This document shows positions 1 to 9,918 of a DNA stretch of 64,000 bases, one piece after another (position 1 is the first letter of the stretch; every line of letters begins with the position of its first letter). The notes beneath the pieces were generated by a model that did not search any database, was not told where the DNA came from, and worked only from the letters and a program-made list of their open reading frames with translations. The stretch is from Candidatus Eiseniibacteriota bacterium (GTDB taxonomy: Bacteria; Eisenbacteria; RBG-16-71-46). Location of the stretch: the NCBI GenBank assembly GCA_963776245.1, contig CAVZLN010000004.1, forward strand, positions 192,001 to 256,000, written 5' to 3'. A program made the position numbers and the translations under genes.

Positions 1-2
1 AC

Positions 3-335
3 ATCGGCCCCGCCGCGATCGGCATCGCCGGACGCACCGACCTGCCCACGCTCGCGGCGTTGTGCGCGGGGGCGGCGCTCGCGGTATGCAACGACTCCGG
101 GGTGGCGCATCTCGCGGCGGCCGTCGGCACGCCGACGGTCCAGATCTACGGTTCGGCGAGCAGCGCCTGGACGCGGGCGCTCGGCGAGCGCGTGCGCGTG
201 GTGCAGCGTCCACCCGTGTGCTCGCCCTGCTGGCAGCGTCGCTGCCGCATCGGGTACGGCTGTCTCGACGCGGTGACCGCGGACCACGTGGTGCGGGCCT
301 GCGGCGACCTGCTCGACCGAACGGAGCCCCGGTGA
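3..335 (+). CDS. Glycosyltransferase family 9 (heptosyltransferase-like), C-terminal part, truncated by window edge
   Basis: AGRTDLPTLAAL...CNDSGVAHLAAAVGTPTVQIYG and the C-terminal CSPC..RRC...CL are typical GT9 motifs; frame is open to the window start. Confidence 0.85.
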   Translation: MGPAAIGIAGRTDLPTLAALCAGAALAVCNDSGVAHLAAAVGTPTVQIYGSASSAWTRALGERVRVVQRPPVCSPCWQRRCRIGYGCLDAVTADHVVRACGDLLDRTEPR

Positions 336-1432
336 GAGCGCTGGTGCTGAGCGGTTCGCTGGATGCCGGGGCGCGCATGGGGCTCGCTGCCTGCGGGCTC
401 GCGATGCGCGGCCACGAAGTGCTGTGGGCCGGGAGTCCGGCGTCCCGCGACGACGTCGCGCGCCTGTGCGCGGGCCACGTCCCGGACGGGCTCCGGGTGG
501 TGTCCGCGGGTCCGGCGCTGGCGCGGGCGCGCGCCGACCTGGTGCTCGCCGGCGGGGCATGGCCTCCCGGCCCGGCGCTGGCGGCGATGGTCGTCGGCGC
601 CCACGGGCTGCTGCTCGACGCGCGGGCCGCCGACCTCGCGCGTTGGGGCGCGGGCTCGCGCTGGGCGTGGGGCACACTGCGGGCCCTCGCGCTGGTGCCG
701 GAGGAGGACGCCGAGCCGCTGCGCGCGGACGCCCACGGGATCGACCTCGAGCGCGTCGCCACGTGGTCCGCGGAGGCGATGCCGGAGCACGCGGACGCAG
801 CGCACGCGGATGTCGAGGTGCTCGAGCGAGCGTGCGAGCGCACCGTGGCGCGGGGACGCGGGCGCGCGATCCGAGCCGCGGTGTTCGTGGATCGTGACGG
901 CACGCTGGTGGTCGAGCGTGGCTATCTCTCCGACCCCGGCGACCTCGAGTTGCTGCCCGGGGTCCCGGAGGCCCTCCGCCGCCTGCGTGCGGCGGGCTAC
1001 GCGATCGTCGTGATCTCGAACCAGGCGGGCGTGGGCCGCGGCCGCTTCCCGCTCGCCCGCGTGTACGACACCATGGCCCACCTGCGGGGGATGTTGCGCG
1101 ACCAGGGCGCCGAACCGGACGCCATCTGGTTCTGTCCCCACGCTCCCGAGGCGGGGTGCGCGTGCCGCAAGCCCGGGATCGCGCTGCTCCAACGGGCGGC
1201 CGAGGACCTGCAACTCGCGCTGCCCCACTCCGTCATGGTGGGGGACAAGCTGCTCGACGCCGAGACCGGCCGGAACGCGGGCGGCCGTGGCGTGCTGGTG
1301 CGCACGGGGTACGGACGCGACGAGGAGCGGCGCCTGAGCGAGACCGGAGTGGGCGCCCCGCCCGACCACGTGTGCGACGGATTGCCCGAGGCCGCCGACT
1401 GGATCCTCGCGCACGCGGACCCCGACGCCTGA
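332..1432 (+). CDS. gmhB: D,D-heptose 1,7-bisphosphate phosphatase (HAD IIIA) with an extra N-terminal GT-B-like domain
   Basis: FVDRDGTL, SNQAGVGRG, CPH..CACRKP, MVGDK motifs; GTG start overlaps the GT9 stop (GTGA). Confidence 0.8.
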   Translation: MRALVLSGSLDAGARMGLAACGLAMRGHEVLWAGSPASRDDVARLCAGHVPDGLRVVSAGPALARARADLVLAGGAWPPGPALAAMVVGAHGLLLDARAADLARWGAGSRWAWGTLRALALVPEEDAEPLRADAHGIDLERVATWSAEAMPEHADAAHADVEVLERACERTVARGRGRAIRAAVFVDRDGTLVVERGYLSDPGDLELLPGVPEALRRLRAAGYAIVVISNQAGVGRGRFPLARVYDTMAHLRGMLRDQGAEPDAIWFCPHAPEAGCACRKPGIALLQRAAEDLQLALPHSVMVGDKLLDAETGRNAGGRGVLVRTGYGRDEERRLSETGVGAPPDHVCDGLPEAADWILAHADPDA

Positions 1433-1450
1433 GGCGCGTGCCGCCGCGGG

Positions 1451-2536
1451 TCAGCGGTCGGGTTCGAGCTCGAGGCGGTAGTCGGCGCCCGCGCGTTCCA
1501 CGTGATAGCGAAGGTGGTAGCCGGCGAGTCGGGTCTGACGGGGGTCCACCCAGCGGTCCTCGATGAGGTCCTGCAGCCGGCCGGGGTAGGCCCCGCGCTC
1601 GCGGCGGAACAGCTCGAGGGCGAAGCGCAGGTCGCGGACCTGCGCCGCGGCAAACACATCCTCGCCCGGCGCCACCGGGGGTGGCGCCACGAGCAGCCGC
1701 GCGCCGAAGTGCATCGCGGCAGCGGTGGCCAGCGCCATGGCCACCACGGTCGCCTCGCGCACCAGGCGACGAGGACGGGGGGCACGGGCCGCGGCCTCCC
1801 GGTTCTCGCCCTCCGTGGGCAGGCCGGGGTCGCGACGCCCCACGAACTCGATCCAGTTCGCCTCGAGCATGCGCTGGAGCGCCTCGTAGGTCTCGTACTC
1901 CGAGAGCGGCGCCGCGGCCACCACCTCCGCGACCGTATGCTGGCCGTCGAAGATGCCGAACAGCTCGCGCTCCTCCTCGGAGAGCGACTCGTTCGGGTCG
2001 GGAAGGTCGCGCACGCCGAGCAACTGGTAGGGATCCTTGAACAGCGTGACGAAGCGCTTCTGCTCGTCCACGCGCCGGGCCGCCTCGATCAGCGCGCCCT
2101 CGATGTTGAGACGCACCAGCGGCGCCGGGGCCCACCGGTGGCTGGGGTCGAAGCGGTAGCTGCCATTTTCCCAGCGCGCCAGCCGCATCAGGTCGTCGAG
2201 GATCTGGCGCTCCACGAACGCCGCGAGCTCCGCGGCATCGAGGTAACGTCCGTTCAGCAGCAGGTCCTCGAGATCGCGATTGGACTCGCGCTGGATGGTG
2301 AGGATCCCGCGCGCCTGTTCATCGGACAACCGGTGCACGCGGCGCAGGAACACCAGCAGAGGGTCGTCCTTCGCGAGACCGGGGCGGCGGGTGGAGACGA
2401 TGCGTCCTTCCTGGACGAAGATCACCGCCTTCTCCGTGTTCCACTCCATCAGCAGGCAGCCGGTCTTCTTCTGCGACCCGAGCAGCTGCAGGATCTCGGT
2501 GGCCGAGAAGTCGCGGAGGTTCCCCTGGAGCGCCAT
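1451..2536 (-). CDS. DUF4388 (PATAN-like) domain protein with TM helix and C-terminal GspG/pseudopilin-like segment
   Basis: MALQGNLRDFSATEILQLLGSQKKTGCL is a DUF4388 start; W.NGSYRF; TM VVAMALATAAAMHFG; LRFALELFRRERGAYPGRLQDL. Confidence 0.75.
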   Translation of the reverse strand: MALQGNLRDFSATEILQLLGSQKKTGCLLMEWNTEKAVIFVQEGRIVSTRRPGLAKDDPLLVFLRRVHRLSDEQARGILTIQRESNRDLEDLLLNGRYLDAAELAAFVERQILDDLMRLARWENGSYRFDPSHRWAPAPLVRLNIEGALIEAARRVDEQKRFVTLFKDPYQLLGVRDLPDPNESLSEEERELFGIFDGQHTVAEVVAAAPLSEYETYEALQRMLEANWIEFVGRRDPGLPTEGENREAAARAPRPRRLVREATVVAMALATAAAMHFGARLLVAPPPVAPGEDVFAAAQVRDLRFALELFRRERGAYPGRLQDLIEDRWVDPRQTRLAGYHLRYHVERAGADYRLELEPDR

Positions 2537-2544
2537 GGTCGTCC

Positions 2545-4638
2545 TCAGGCGGCCAGCGCCGTGGTGCGGCGGGTGGACTGGACCGACCGGCTGCTCACCG
2601 GCGCGGAGAGCATGGCCTCCTCCGCCCGCAGCCGGCTGACCTGGGCGAGGTAGGCGAGGATGGACACGAGGTAGATCGCCCCCCACAGCCCGATGATGAA
2701 CACCTGGGGCAGCTCCGCCTCGGGGAGCGCGAGCCCGGATTCGAAGGAGAACGGAGCGTCGAGCCCGAGCCATCCGCTCGCGAGCAGCGAGGTCGCGATC
2801 AGCAGCACGAGGGGGGTCACCATCCGTCGGCAGGCCAGCAGCCCGAAGCCCGGCACCAGGGTCGCCAGAGCCGTCCGCGCCATGCGCCCGCGCGTCTGCA
2901 GGGCGCGCCGATGCTGGTGGAGGAGCACGCGCGCGAACTCGGGGCTCTCGGCCCGGGACTCGACACCGGCGCAGCCCGCGCACAGTGCCAGTTCGCGGCG
3001 CCGCAGCGCGCAGCGCCGGCACACCACGCCGCCGCAGTTGCTGCAGGTGCGCAGCGGCAGGATGCGGTGCTGCCAGACCCCGGCGATCAGCCCGACCAGC
3101 GCGAGCGCGAGGGCGAGGCCGCTGAAGCGCCATCCCGAGGTCTCGATGTGACCGCGCCACGCCGGGGGCACGACGATCGGAGCGCGCGTCCCGTCGAAGG
3201 TCTCCAATGCCTGCCAGAAGGTCACCGGCGCCAGCCACTGATCCACCAGCGGGAGCAGCCCATCGTCGGTGGCCTGGGACTGGTAGGACTTCACCAGATC
3301 GAAGTTGAGGGCGGAGGCGCGCGCCATGGCGTCGCTGGCCTCGTGGTACTGGAAGCGCTGGTTGTAGATCTGCGCGGCATTGAAGTAGGCGGCCGCGTTC
3401 CCCGGCTCGAGCTTGGTGGCCTCGAGGTAGAGCGCCAGCGCCTCGTCCGCGCGTCCCTGCATCGCGAGGGCGTTGCCGAGATTGTTGCTGACCCGGTCAT
3501 TCGCCGGCCACAGCGCATGGGCGCGCCGGTAGGCCGCTTCCGCGGTCGCGAGGTCGCCGCCGCGGCGAGCCATCCAGCCGTGACCGAACTGCACGAACGC
3601 GTTGTCGGGATGCCGCGCGGCGAGGGCGGCGAAGCCGTCCTGGCGCGCGCGGGAGAACGCCTCGTTCTCGACCATCGCCACGCCGAAGAACGGGCCCTCG
3701 TCCTCGCGCAGCGGGACCGCGAGCCGGCCGAGCCATCCGAGGGTCAGCGGCAGCGTGCCGATGAGCGCCACGAACACCAACCAGAGCATGCGCTCGCGCA
3801 CCCGCAGCGAAGGCCACAGGAAGCCGAGGAACGCGGCCGTCGGCAGGGCGAGCCCGAGGCCGGAGACGAACGGGACGATGAGCGGGGTCCACGACCACCA
3901 GCGGGCGGTCTCCGGCGAGGCGAAGAGCGCGAGGCGCTCCTGCCATCCGTGGCGCAGTTCGCGGTGGTGGAGACCCAGCACGATGAGCGCGGCGGCCAGC
4001 AGCCCGAGGAACAGGGCCTGCAGCCCGAGGCAGAAGGCGTTGGCGACCAGGGCCACCTGGAGCAGGAAGTTCTGACGCGCGAGGTCGAGCACGGCGGCGT
4101 ACTGGAGCAGGGCCTGGCTCGGCTCGCGCAGGATGAACCACGACGCGAGGGTCACGTGGGGCGCCACGAACGAGGGATCGAGCTCGGAGGCCCCGCGCAC
4201 CAGCCGGACCGCCTCTTCGGGTGCGCCCGACTGGTGCAGCACGAGGCCGCGTCGATAGTAGAGACGGGCTTCGTGCGGGAGCGCGGCGATGTGGCTGCGC
4301 AGCTTGTAGTCGAGCCACGGCGTCAGCTCGGCGAGGTCATCGGGCGCCACCGGCGGCCCGGACGGCGCGGGGGCCGGCTGGGCCCTGCGGACGCCCGGCC
4401 CGGCCGGAGTGGAAGCGGGGACGGAGGGTGCGACCACCACGCGTTCCCCGACCGGAGCGCCCTCCGGGGCCTGGGCACCGGCGAGGGCAGCGAGGGACAT
4501 GAGCGCCGCGAGCGCGAGCGCGATGCCCGCGACGAGGCCGACGATGCGCGCGCGCCATCCGGCGCGTCGTGCGCCCGATCGATGCCGGAGGCGCTGGGCC
4601 CGGGATGGTCCGGAGCCTCGTCCGTGCGAAACTGGCAT
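2545..4638 (-). CDS. Multi-pass membrane TPR protein with Cys-rich zinc finger (start uncertain)
   Basis: TPR motifs (NNLGNALAMQGRADEALALY, AAYFNAAQIY), several TM segments, CSNC..VCRRC..LCAGC. Confidence 0.7.
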   Translation of the reverse strand: MPVSHGRGSGPSRAQRLRHRSGARRAGWRARIVGLVAGIALALAALMSLAALAGAQAPEGAPVGERVVVAPSVPASTPAGPGVRRAQPAPAPSGPPVAPDDLAELTPWLDYKLRSHIAALPHEARLYYRRGLVLHQSGAPEEAVRLVRGASELDPSFVAPHVTLASWFILREPSQALLQYAAVLDLARQNFLLQVALVANAFCLGLQALFLGLLAAALIVLGLHHRELRHGWQERLALFASPETARWWSWTPLIVPFVSGLGLALPTAAFLGFLWPSLRVRERMLWLVFVALIGTLPLTLGWLGRLAVPLREDEGPFFGVAMVENEAFSRARQDGFAALAARHPDNAFVQFGHGWMARRGGDLATAEAAYRRAHALWPANDRVSNNLGNALAMQGRADEALALYLEATKLEPGNAAAYFNAAQIYNQRFQYHEASDAMARASALNFDLVKSYQSQATDDGLLPLVDQWLAPVTFWQALETFDGTRAPIVVPPAWRGHIETSGWRFSGLALALALVGLIAGVWQHRILPLRTCSNCGGVVCRRCALRRRELALCAGCAGVESRAESPEFARVLLHQHRRALQTRGRMARTALATLVPGFGLLACRRMVTPLVLLIATSLLASGWLGLDAPFSFESGLALPEAELPQVFIIGLWGAIYLVSILAYLAQVSRLRAEEAMLSAPVSSRSVQSTRRTTALAA

Positions 4639-4651
4639 GTGGTTCAGTCCC

Positions 4652-4681
4652 TTGACAGTGCGCGAGGCACACCCCTAACGT
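4652..4681 (+). promoter_or_regulatory. Putative sigma70 promoter for asnS
   Basis: TTGACA-18nt-TAACGT. Confidence 0.45.
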
Positions 4682-4699
4682 GCTTTGCGTCCATGTGCT

Positions 4700-4727
4700 G
4701 TATCGGCGTGTCATCCGGCACGCTTGA
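4700..4727 (-). promoter_or_regulatory. Putative sigma28 (FliA/WhiG)-type promoter for the TPR-DUF4388 operon
   Basis: Minus strand TCAAG-15nt-GCCGATAC, about 60 bp upstream of the ORF ending at 4638. Confidence 0.45.
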
Positions 4728-4830
4728 AGGGAATGTGTCGGGCCGTGCGGAACGCCTCCCACCGGCTCGCTCCCCCCTGGCGGCGCCCGGCCACCACCCC
4801 GTCTCGATCCGCCCTGTCCCGGAGTGACCC

Positions 4831-6150
4831 ATGAACCCCGAGCCTGCCGCCAGCCCGCCCCCCTGGATCCGCATCTGCGAAGCCCCCGCGCACGTCGCGG
4901 CCGAGGTGGAGGTCCGGGGCTGGGTCACCCACCTGCGCTCCGGCGGCAAGGTCCGGTTCGTGGTGCTCCGGGACGGCAGCGGCACGCTGCAGTGCGTGGC
5001 CGGGGTGAACGATGTCCCGGCGGCCGACTGGGAGGTGCTCGCCACGCTCACCCAGGAGTCGGCGGTCCGCGTGCGCGGGGTCCTCCGCGCCGACCCGCGT
5101 TCCCCGGGAGGGGTGGAGATGGGACTCCGCGGCGTCACCCTGGTGTCGCTCGCCGAGCCCTATCCGATCACGCCCAAGGAGCACGGCACCGACTTCCTCA
5201 TGGATCACCGCCACCTCTGGCTGCGATCGTCGCGGCAGCAGGCCATCCTCCGCATCCGCGCCGAGGTGATCTCGGCGTTCCGCGAGTTCATGAATGGGGA
5301 GGGATTCCTGCTGGTGGACAGCCCCATCTTCACCCCCAGCGCGTGCGAGGGCACCACGACGCTGTTCGAGACCACCTACTTCGACGAGAAGGCCTACCTG
5401 ACGCAGAGCGGTCAGCTCTATCAGGAGGCGGCAGCGCTCGCGCTCGGCCGCACGTACTGTTTCGGCCCGGCCTTCCGCGCCGAGAAGAGCAAGACGCGCC
5501 GGCACCTGATCGAGTTCTGGATGATGGAGCCGGAGTGGGCGTTCGCCACGCTCGAGGACGTCATCGCGCTCGAGGAGCGGCTGCTGTCCTACACCGTCCA
5601 GCGGGTGCTCGAGCGACGGGCAGGGGAACTGACCGCGCTCGAGCGCGACACCGCACGCCTCGAGCAGGTGAAGGCGCCGTTCGTGCGCCTGCACTACGAC
5701 GACGCGGTGAAGCTGCTGCAGGGCGCGGGACTTCCATTCGAGTGGGGCAGCGACTTCGGCGCGCCCGACGAGACCGAGATCTCGAACCGCTTCGACACGC
5801 CGGTCTTCGTGACCCACTACCCGGCGGCGGTGAAGGCGTTCTACATGGAGCCCGACCCGGACGACCCCCGGCTCTGCCTCTCGTGCGACTGCCTGGCGCC
5901 CGAGGGATACGGCGAGATCATCGGCGGTGGACAGCGCATGACGTCGCTGGACCTGCTGACCCGGCGCATCGACGAACACGGCCTACTGCAGGCCGACTTC
6001 GAATGGTACAAGGACCTCCGCCGGTACGGTTCCGTGCCCCACGCGGGGTTCGGCATCGGGGTGGAGCGCACCCTCGCGTGGATCGCCGGGCTGGACCACG
6101 TCCGGGAGACCATCCCGTTCCCGAGGATGCTCAATCGGCTGAAGCCGTGA
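4831..6150 (+). CDS. asnS: Asparagine--tRNA ligase
   Basis: OB-fold [77 protein letters not shown]. Confidence 0.93.
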   Translation: MNPEPAASPPPWIRICEAPAHVAAEVEVRGWVTHLRSGGKVRFVVLRDGSGTLQCVAGVNDVPAADWEVLATLTQESAVRVRGVLRADPRSPGGVEMGLRGVTLVSLAEPYPITPKEHGTDFLMDHRHLWLRSSRQQAILRIRAEVISAFREFMNGEGFLLVDSPIFTPSACEGTTTLFETTYFDEKAYLTQSGQLYQEAAALALGRTYCFGPAFRAEKSKTRRHLIEFWMMEPEWAFATLEDVIALEERLLSYTVQRVLERRAGELTALERDTARLEQVKAPFVRLHYDDAVKLLQGAGLPFEWGSDFGAPDETEISNRFDTPVFVTHYPAAVKAFYMEPDPDDPRLCLSCDCLAPEGYGEIIGGGQRMTSLDLLTRRIDEHGLLQADFEWYKDLRRYGSVPHAGFGIGVERTLAWIAGLDHVRETIPFPRMLNRLKP

Positions 6151-6152
6151 GG

Positions 6153-6172
6153 GGCGCCCCACCGGGGGCGCC
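6153..6172 (+). terminator. GC-rich hairpin after asnS (no U-tract)
   Basis: GGCGCCCC-accg-GGGGCGCC. Confidence 0.35.
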
Positions 6173-6190
6173 ATCGGAGGACACGCGTCC

Positions 6191-6220
6191 TTGACACCCC
6201 GCAGGAGCCATCTCTAGTGT
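6191..6220 (+). promoter_or_regulatory. Putative sigma70 promoter for the PstS-like/TPR/ExbBD/TonB operon
   Basis: TTGACA-18nt-TAGTGT. Confidence 0.5.
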
Positions 6221-6278
6221 TCGTCCCGCTCCGGCCGACCCGCCTGGCGGGTGGCCCGGCCTACGGCAGGCCATTGAC

Positions 6279-7244
6279 ATGAACCTCACGAGGTTCCTAC
6301 ACTTGCAGCGCTTCGTGGCACCGGGTCGCGGCGGGCGGAACGCTATTCCCCTCCTGCTCGCGTGTGGACTCGGTATGACGGTCGGCGGTTGTGCCCCATC
6401 CACCGCTCGCAGGTCCGTGGAAGATTCCGTCACCAGCGGACGTATCTCGATCGTGAGTGCCCCGGCGGCGACCGCCCTGGTGGCGCGCGCCCGGGATTCG
6501 TTCGTCGCGACCTACCGGGACGCGAACATCGGGGTGAGCTCCGCCCGGTCGCGGGCCGCGGTGGAGTCGCTGTTCCTGGCACGGGCGGACGTGGCGGTGA
6601 TCACGCGCGAGCTCGAGCCGGAGGAACGGTCGGCGGCGCTGAGGGGCCGTCTGCAGTTGGAGGGATTCCGGTTCGCGCGGGACGCGGTGGTGGTCATCGT
6701 GCACCCGACGAACCCGGTGGAGAATCTGGCCCTGGAGCAGGTCCGGGACATCTACAGCGGTGACCTGAAGAGCTGGTCTTCCGTGGGTGGAAGGAACGCG
6801 GCGGTGATCCCGGTGGTGCAGCCACCGGACGCGGACATCATGGAGTTCTTCGCGCAGGAAGTCATGGGGGGAAGGTCGATGGAGGCTCGCGCCGTGTATG
6901 CCAGCTCGGACTCCGAGGTGGTGGCTCGTGTGGCGCAGTCGCCGGACGCGATCGGCTTCGTGTCGCTGGCGTGGGCCGAGCGCGGCGCCCGGGCGCTCCG
7001 GCTCTCGCCCTTGCGCGGGCTGCCCTACGTGAAGCCGGACCCCGAGACGGTGTACCGGGGCGAGTACCCCCTGACGCGCTTCTTCAATCTGTACGTCCGT
7101 ACCGACGGCCCCCCGCTCGGGAACGGGTTCGTCACCTTCGTGACCAGTCGCGACGGACAGGCGCTGGTCCATGAGGCGGGGCTGGTGCCGACATCGGTGC
7201 CGGTCCGTTTCGTCCGACGCTCCCCGATGCTGGGCTCGCACTGA
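6279..7244 (+). CDS. PstS-like (PBP_like_2) substrate-binding lipoprotein
   Basis: Lipobox-like VGGC; ARDAVVVIVHPTNPVENL, DAIGFVS, GEYPLTR.FNLYV, FVTFVTSRDGQALV. Confidence 0.8.
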   Translation: MNLTRFLHLQRFVAPGRGGRNAIPLLLACGLGMTVGGCAPSTARRSVEDSVTSGRISIVSAPAATALVARARDSFVATYRDANIGVSSARSRAAVESLFLARADVAVITRELEPEERSAALRGRLQLEGFRFARDAVVVIVHPTNPVENLALEQVRDIYSGDLKSWSSVGGRNAAVIPVVQPPDADIMEFFAQEVMGGRSMEARAVYASSDSEVVARVAQSPDAIGFVSLAWAERGARALRLSPLRGLPYVKPDPETVYRGEYPLTRFFNLYVRTDGPPLGNGFVTFVTSRDGQALVHEAGLVPTSVPVRFVRRSPMLGSH

Positions 7245-7266
7245 ACAGGAGACTCCGACCGACACC

Positions 7267-9075
7267 ATGAACCTCTCCAACCGCTTGAGCCGAGGCCGCT
7301 GCGCCGGTCCTGCCGTGCTCGTCGTGCTGCTGCTCGCCGCCCCGGGGCTGTCCTGGGCCCAGGTCAAGGATGGGAAGATCGCGCTCCAGAGCGGGCGCTA
7401 CGACGAGGCCATCATCGCGTTCGAGCGCGCGGCGAGCGAAGGGCTCGCCGAGGGCCGCGCGGGCGTGGGTCAGGTCTGGCTCAAGCGCCGGCAGTACGAC
7501 AAGGCGCTGGTGGCCTTCCAGACCGCACAGAAGATGGACGGGAACCTCGCGATCGCCTACTGGGGCGAGGGCGAGGTGGCGCGCCGGGGGGGCGATTGCT
7601 CCACGGCCGTCCCGCTGTTCCAGAAGGCGACCGAGATCGACCGCAAGTTCCCCGAGGCGCAGCTGGCCCTCGGCCAGTGCCTGGTGGATCTCAAGCAGCA
7701 CGAGCGGGCCGTGGTGGCGCTCAACGAGGGGCTGAAGTGGGGCCCGAAGTGGCGCCCCAAGTTCCTCGTGGCGCTGGGCGATGCCGAACTCGCGCGCGAT
7801 TCGCTGCGGGACGCCGGGATCTACTACACCAAGGCTCGTGAGGAGTCTCCGGAGGATCCGACCCCGCGCCGCGCGCTCGGCGACTTCTACCTCAAGCGCG
7901 GCATCCCGGCGCTCGCGGTGCCCGAGTTCCAGGCGGCGATCGCGCTGGACACGTCGGATGTGGATCTGGTGTACGCCCTCGGCCGGGCCTTCGACCAGGA
8001 CGGGCGGGCGGCCAGCGCGCTCGAGCAGTACCGGGCCGCGACCGAGAAGGACCCAGACTTCGCGCCGGCGCAATTCGGGCTGGGGAACCTGCTCTATCGC
8101 GCGGGACAGGCGGATCCCAACCGCTACCGGGAGGCGCGTGCGCCGCTCGAGCGGTACACCCAGCTGGAGCCGCGGGACCCGCGGGGCTGGAGTGTGCTGG
8201 CTCGTGCCCTGTACTTCGTGCACGCGCGCGACGAGTCCTACGCCGCCTTCAAGAAGGCCGAGGAGCTGGGGGACAAGAACAAGGAGGCGTGGACCATCTA
8301 CGCCCGCCTGCTCGCGGAGCGGAAGGAGTACGACGCCGCGTCCGCGGCCTTCGCCCGGGGTGATCCCGAGCCCGCGGACATGATCACCATGGCCCGCCTG
8401 TTCGAGCGCCAGGGCAAGCTCGCCGCGGCCGAGTCGATGTACGTCGATGTCGTGTCCAAGGACTCGACCTCGCGGATCGGCCGGATGGCGCTGGGGGAGG
8501 CCGGCAAGCTGCGCTACCGCCAGAAGGACTACGAGGGCGCCATCGGGGTGTTCGGGCGCCGAATCGCCCTTGACCCGCAGAACGGCGAGGCTTACTACTA
8601 CACCGGTTTGTCGTACAAGGAGATGGGTCGTTTCCCCGAGGCTCTGTCGGCGCTCCAGCAGGCGGCGGCGATCGACAGTACGAGGGCGGACCGGTTCTTC
8701 TGGCTGGGTCTGTTGCTGGACCAGCAGAAGTCCACCGCGGAAGCTCGGGTGGCATTCGAGCACGCCGTGGCTCTGGACACCACCGGCAAGGCCGCGAACA
8801 CCGGGATCGCGCTGAGGCAGCTCGGTTATTATCGGCTGCTCGAGAAGTCGTTCGCGGATGCGACACAGCTCCTCGAACGCTCGGTGGAGATCAACCCGAA
8901 GGACATCCTGACGCTGGTCTGGCTGGCGCAGGGCTACCAGAACGCTGGGAACCGCGGCAAGGCCATCGAGTACTACCGACGCACCCTGGAGATCGACCCC
9001 GGCAACGCCGAGGCGAAGAAGGGGATCGCCGCCCTCTCGGGGGGCACAGCCGCGCGGACGGGAGGGACACCATGA
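7267..9075 (+). CDS. Exported tetratricopeptide repeat protein
   Basis: Signal peptide (..PGLSWA/Q) followed by more than 10 TPR-like repeats. Confidence 0.85.
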   Translation: MNLSNRLSRGRCAGPAVLVVLLLAAPGLSWAQVKDGKIALQSGRYDEAIIAFERAASEGLAEGRAGVGQVWLKRRQYDKALVAFQTAQKMDGNLAIAYWGEGEVARRGGDCSTAVPLFQKATEIDRKFPEAQLALGQCLVDLKQHERAVVALNEGLKWGPKWRPKFLVALGDAELARDSLRDAGIYYTKAREESPEDPTPRRALGDFYLKRGIPALAVPEFQAAIALDTSDVDLVYALGRAFDQDGRAASALEQYRAATEKDPDFAPAQFGLGNLLYRAGQADPNRYREARAPLERYTQLEPRDPRGWSVLARALYFVHARDESYAAFKKAEELGDKNKEAWTIYARLLAERKEYDAASAAFARGDPEPADMITMARLFERQGKLAAAESMYVDVVSKDSTSRIGRMALGEAGKLRYRQKDYEGAIGVFGRRIALDPQNGEAYYYTGLSYKEMGRFPEALSALQQAAAIDSTRADRFFWLGLLLDQQKSTAEARVAFEHAVALDTTGKAANTGIALRQLGYYRLLEKSFADATQLLERSVEINPKDILTLVWLAQGYQNAGNRGKAIEYYRRTLEIDPGNAEAKKGIAALSGGTAARTGGTP

Positions 9076-9419
9076 AGCAGCGCCAGGTGGGGACCATCGA
9101 GCTCCTCTACCCGAAGGGCTATCTCACGGGTGGCGAGGAGACCGACGTCCTCGAGCAGGCCATCAAGTCGCTCGGCGAGCAGGGCAACAAGCAGCTCATC
9201 ATCAACCTCGCGGAGACCCAGCATCTGAACTCGACCGCGCTCGGTGTCCTGATCTCGGCGCACTCCAATTACGTCCGTCGCGGCGGGCAGGTGAAACTGT
9301 GCGCGGTGGACAAGCGGATCGAGAACATCTTCGTCATCACGAAGCTGTCCTACGTGTTCGACGTGTACCCCACCGAGGAGCAGGCGGTCGCCAGCTTCGC
9401 GGAGAAGAGCTCGACCTAG
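9072..9419 (+). CDS. STAS-domain anti-sigma factor antagonist
   Basis: LIINLAETQHLNSTALGVLI...GGQVKLC..IFVITKL. Confidence 0.85.
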   Translation: MKQRQVGTIELLYPKGYLTGGEETDVLEQAIKSLGEQGNKQLIINLAETQHLNSTALGVLISAHSNYVRRGGQVKLCAVDKRIENIFVITKLSYVFDVYPTEEQAVASFAEKSST

Positions 9420-9443
9420 CGGCTCCGCCGCGGGAGGGATCGC

Positions 9444-9794
9444 ATGGCCATCCGGCGTCGCGAGATCCGCAGCATCACGGTGCTCTATCCGAAGGGCAGC
9501 TTCTTCGGCGACACCGAGACCGACGACCTTGAGAAGGCGCTGATGGACGAGGCCGCGACCGGGAACACCCGGCTGGTCCTCAACATGGCGGAATGCCAGG
9601 CGCTCAATTCGATCGCCATCGGCGTGCTCATGCGCGGGTACGCGAACTACCGCGGGCGGGGTGGCGAGATCAAGCTGTGCGGGCTGGGGAAGAAGCTCAA
9701 GGATCTGTTCGTGATGACCAAGCTCATCATGGTGTTCGACCATCACGAGACCGAGGAGCTGGCGCTCGCGGCCTTCGCGGTGGGCGCGGAGTAG
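9444..9794 (+). CDS. STAS-domain anti-sigma factor antagonist (paralog of upstream gene)
   Basis: LVLNMAECQALNSIAIGVLM...GGEIKLC..LFVMTKL. Confidence 0.85.
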   Translation: MAIRRREIRSITVLYPKGSFFGDTETDDLEKALMDEAATGNTRLVLNMAECQALNSIAIGVLMRGYANYRGRGGEIKLCGLGKKLKDLFVMTKLIMVFDHHETEELALAAFAVGAE

Positions 9795-9918
9795 CCTCGG
9801 CGACCGGGCCGAGGGAGGTTTTCCACGCAGGGGTCCGGACCGGGCCCAGGTCGGCAGGGTCGAACCCTGCTGTGACATCGACGCTTCGTGGGCGGCGCAA
9901 GGTCGCCGCCGGCGGAGC

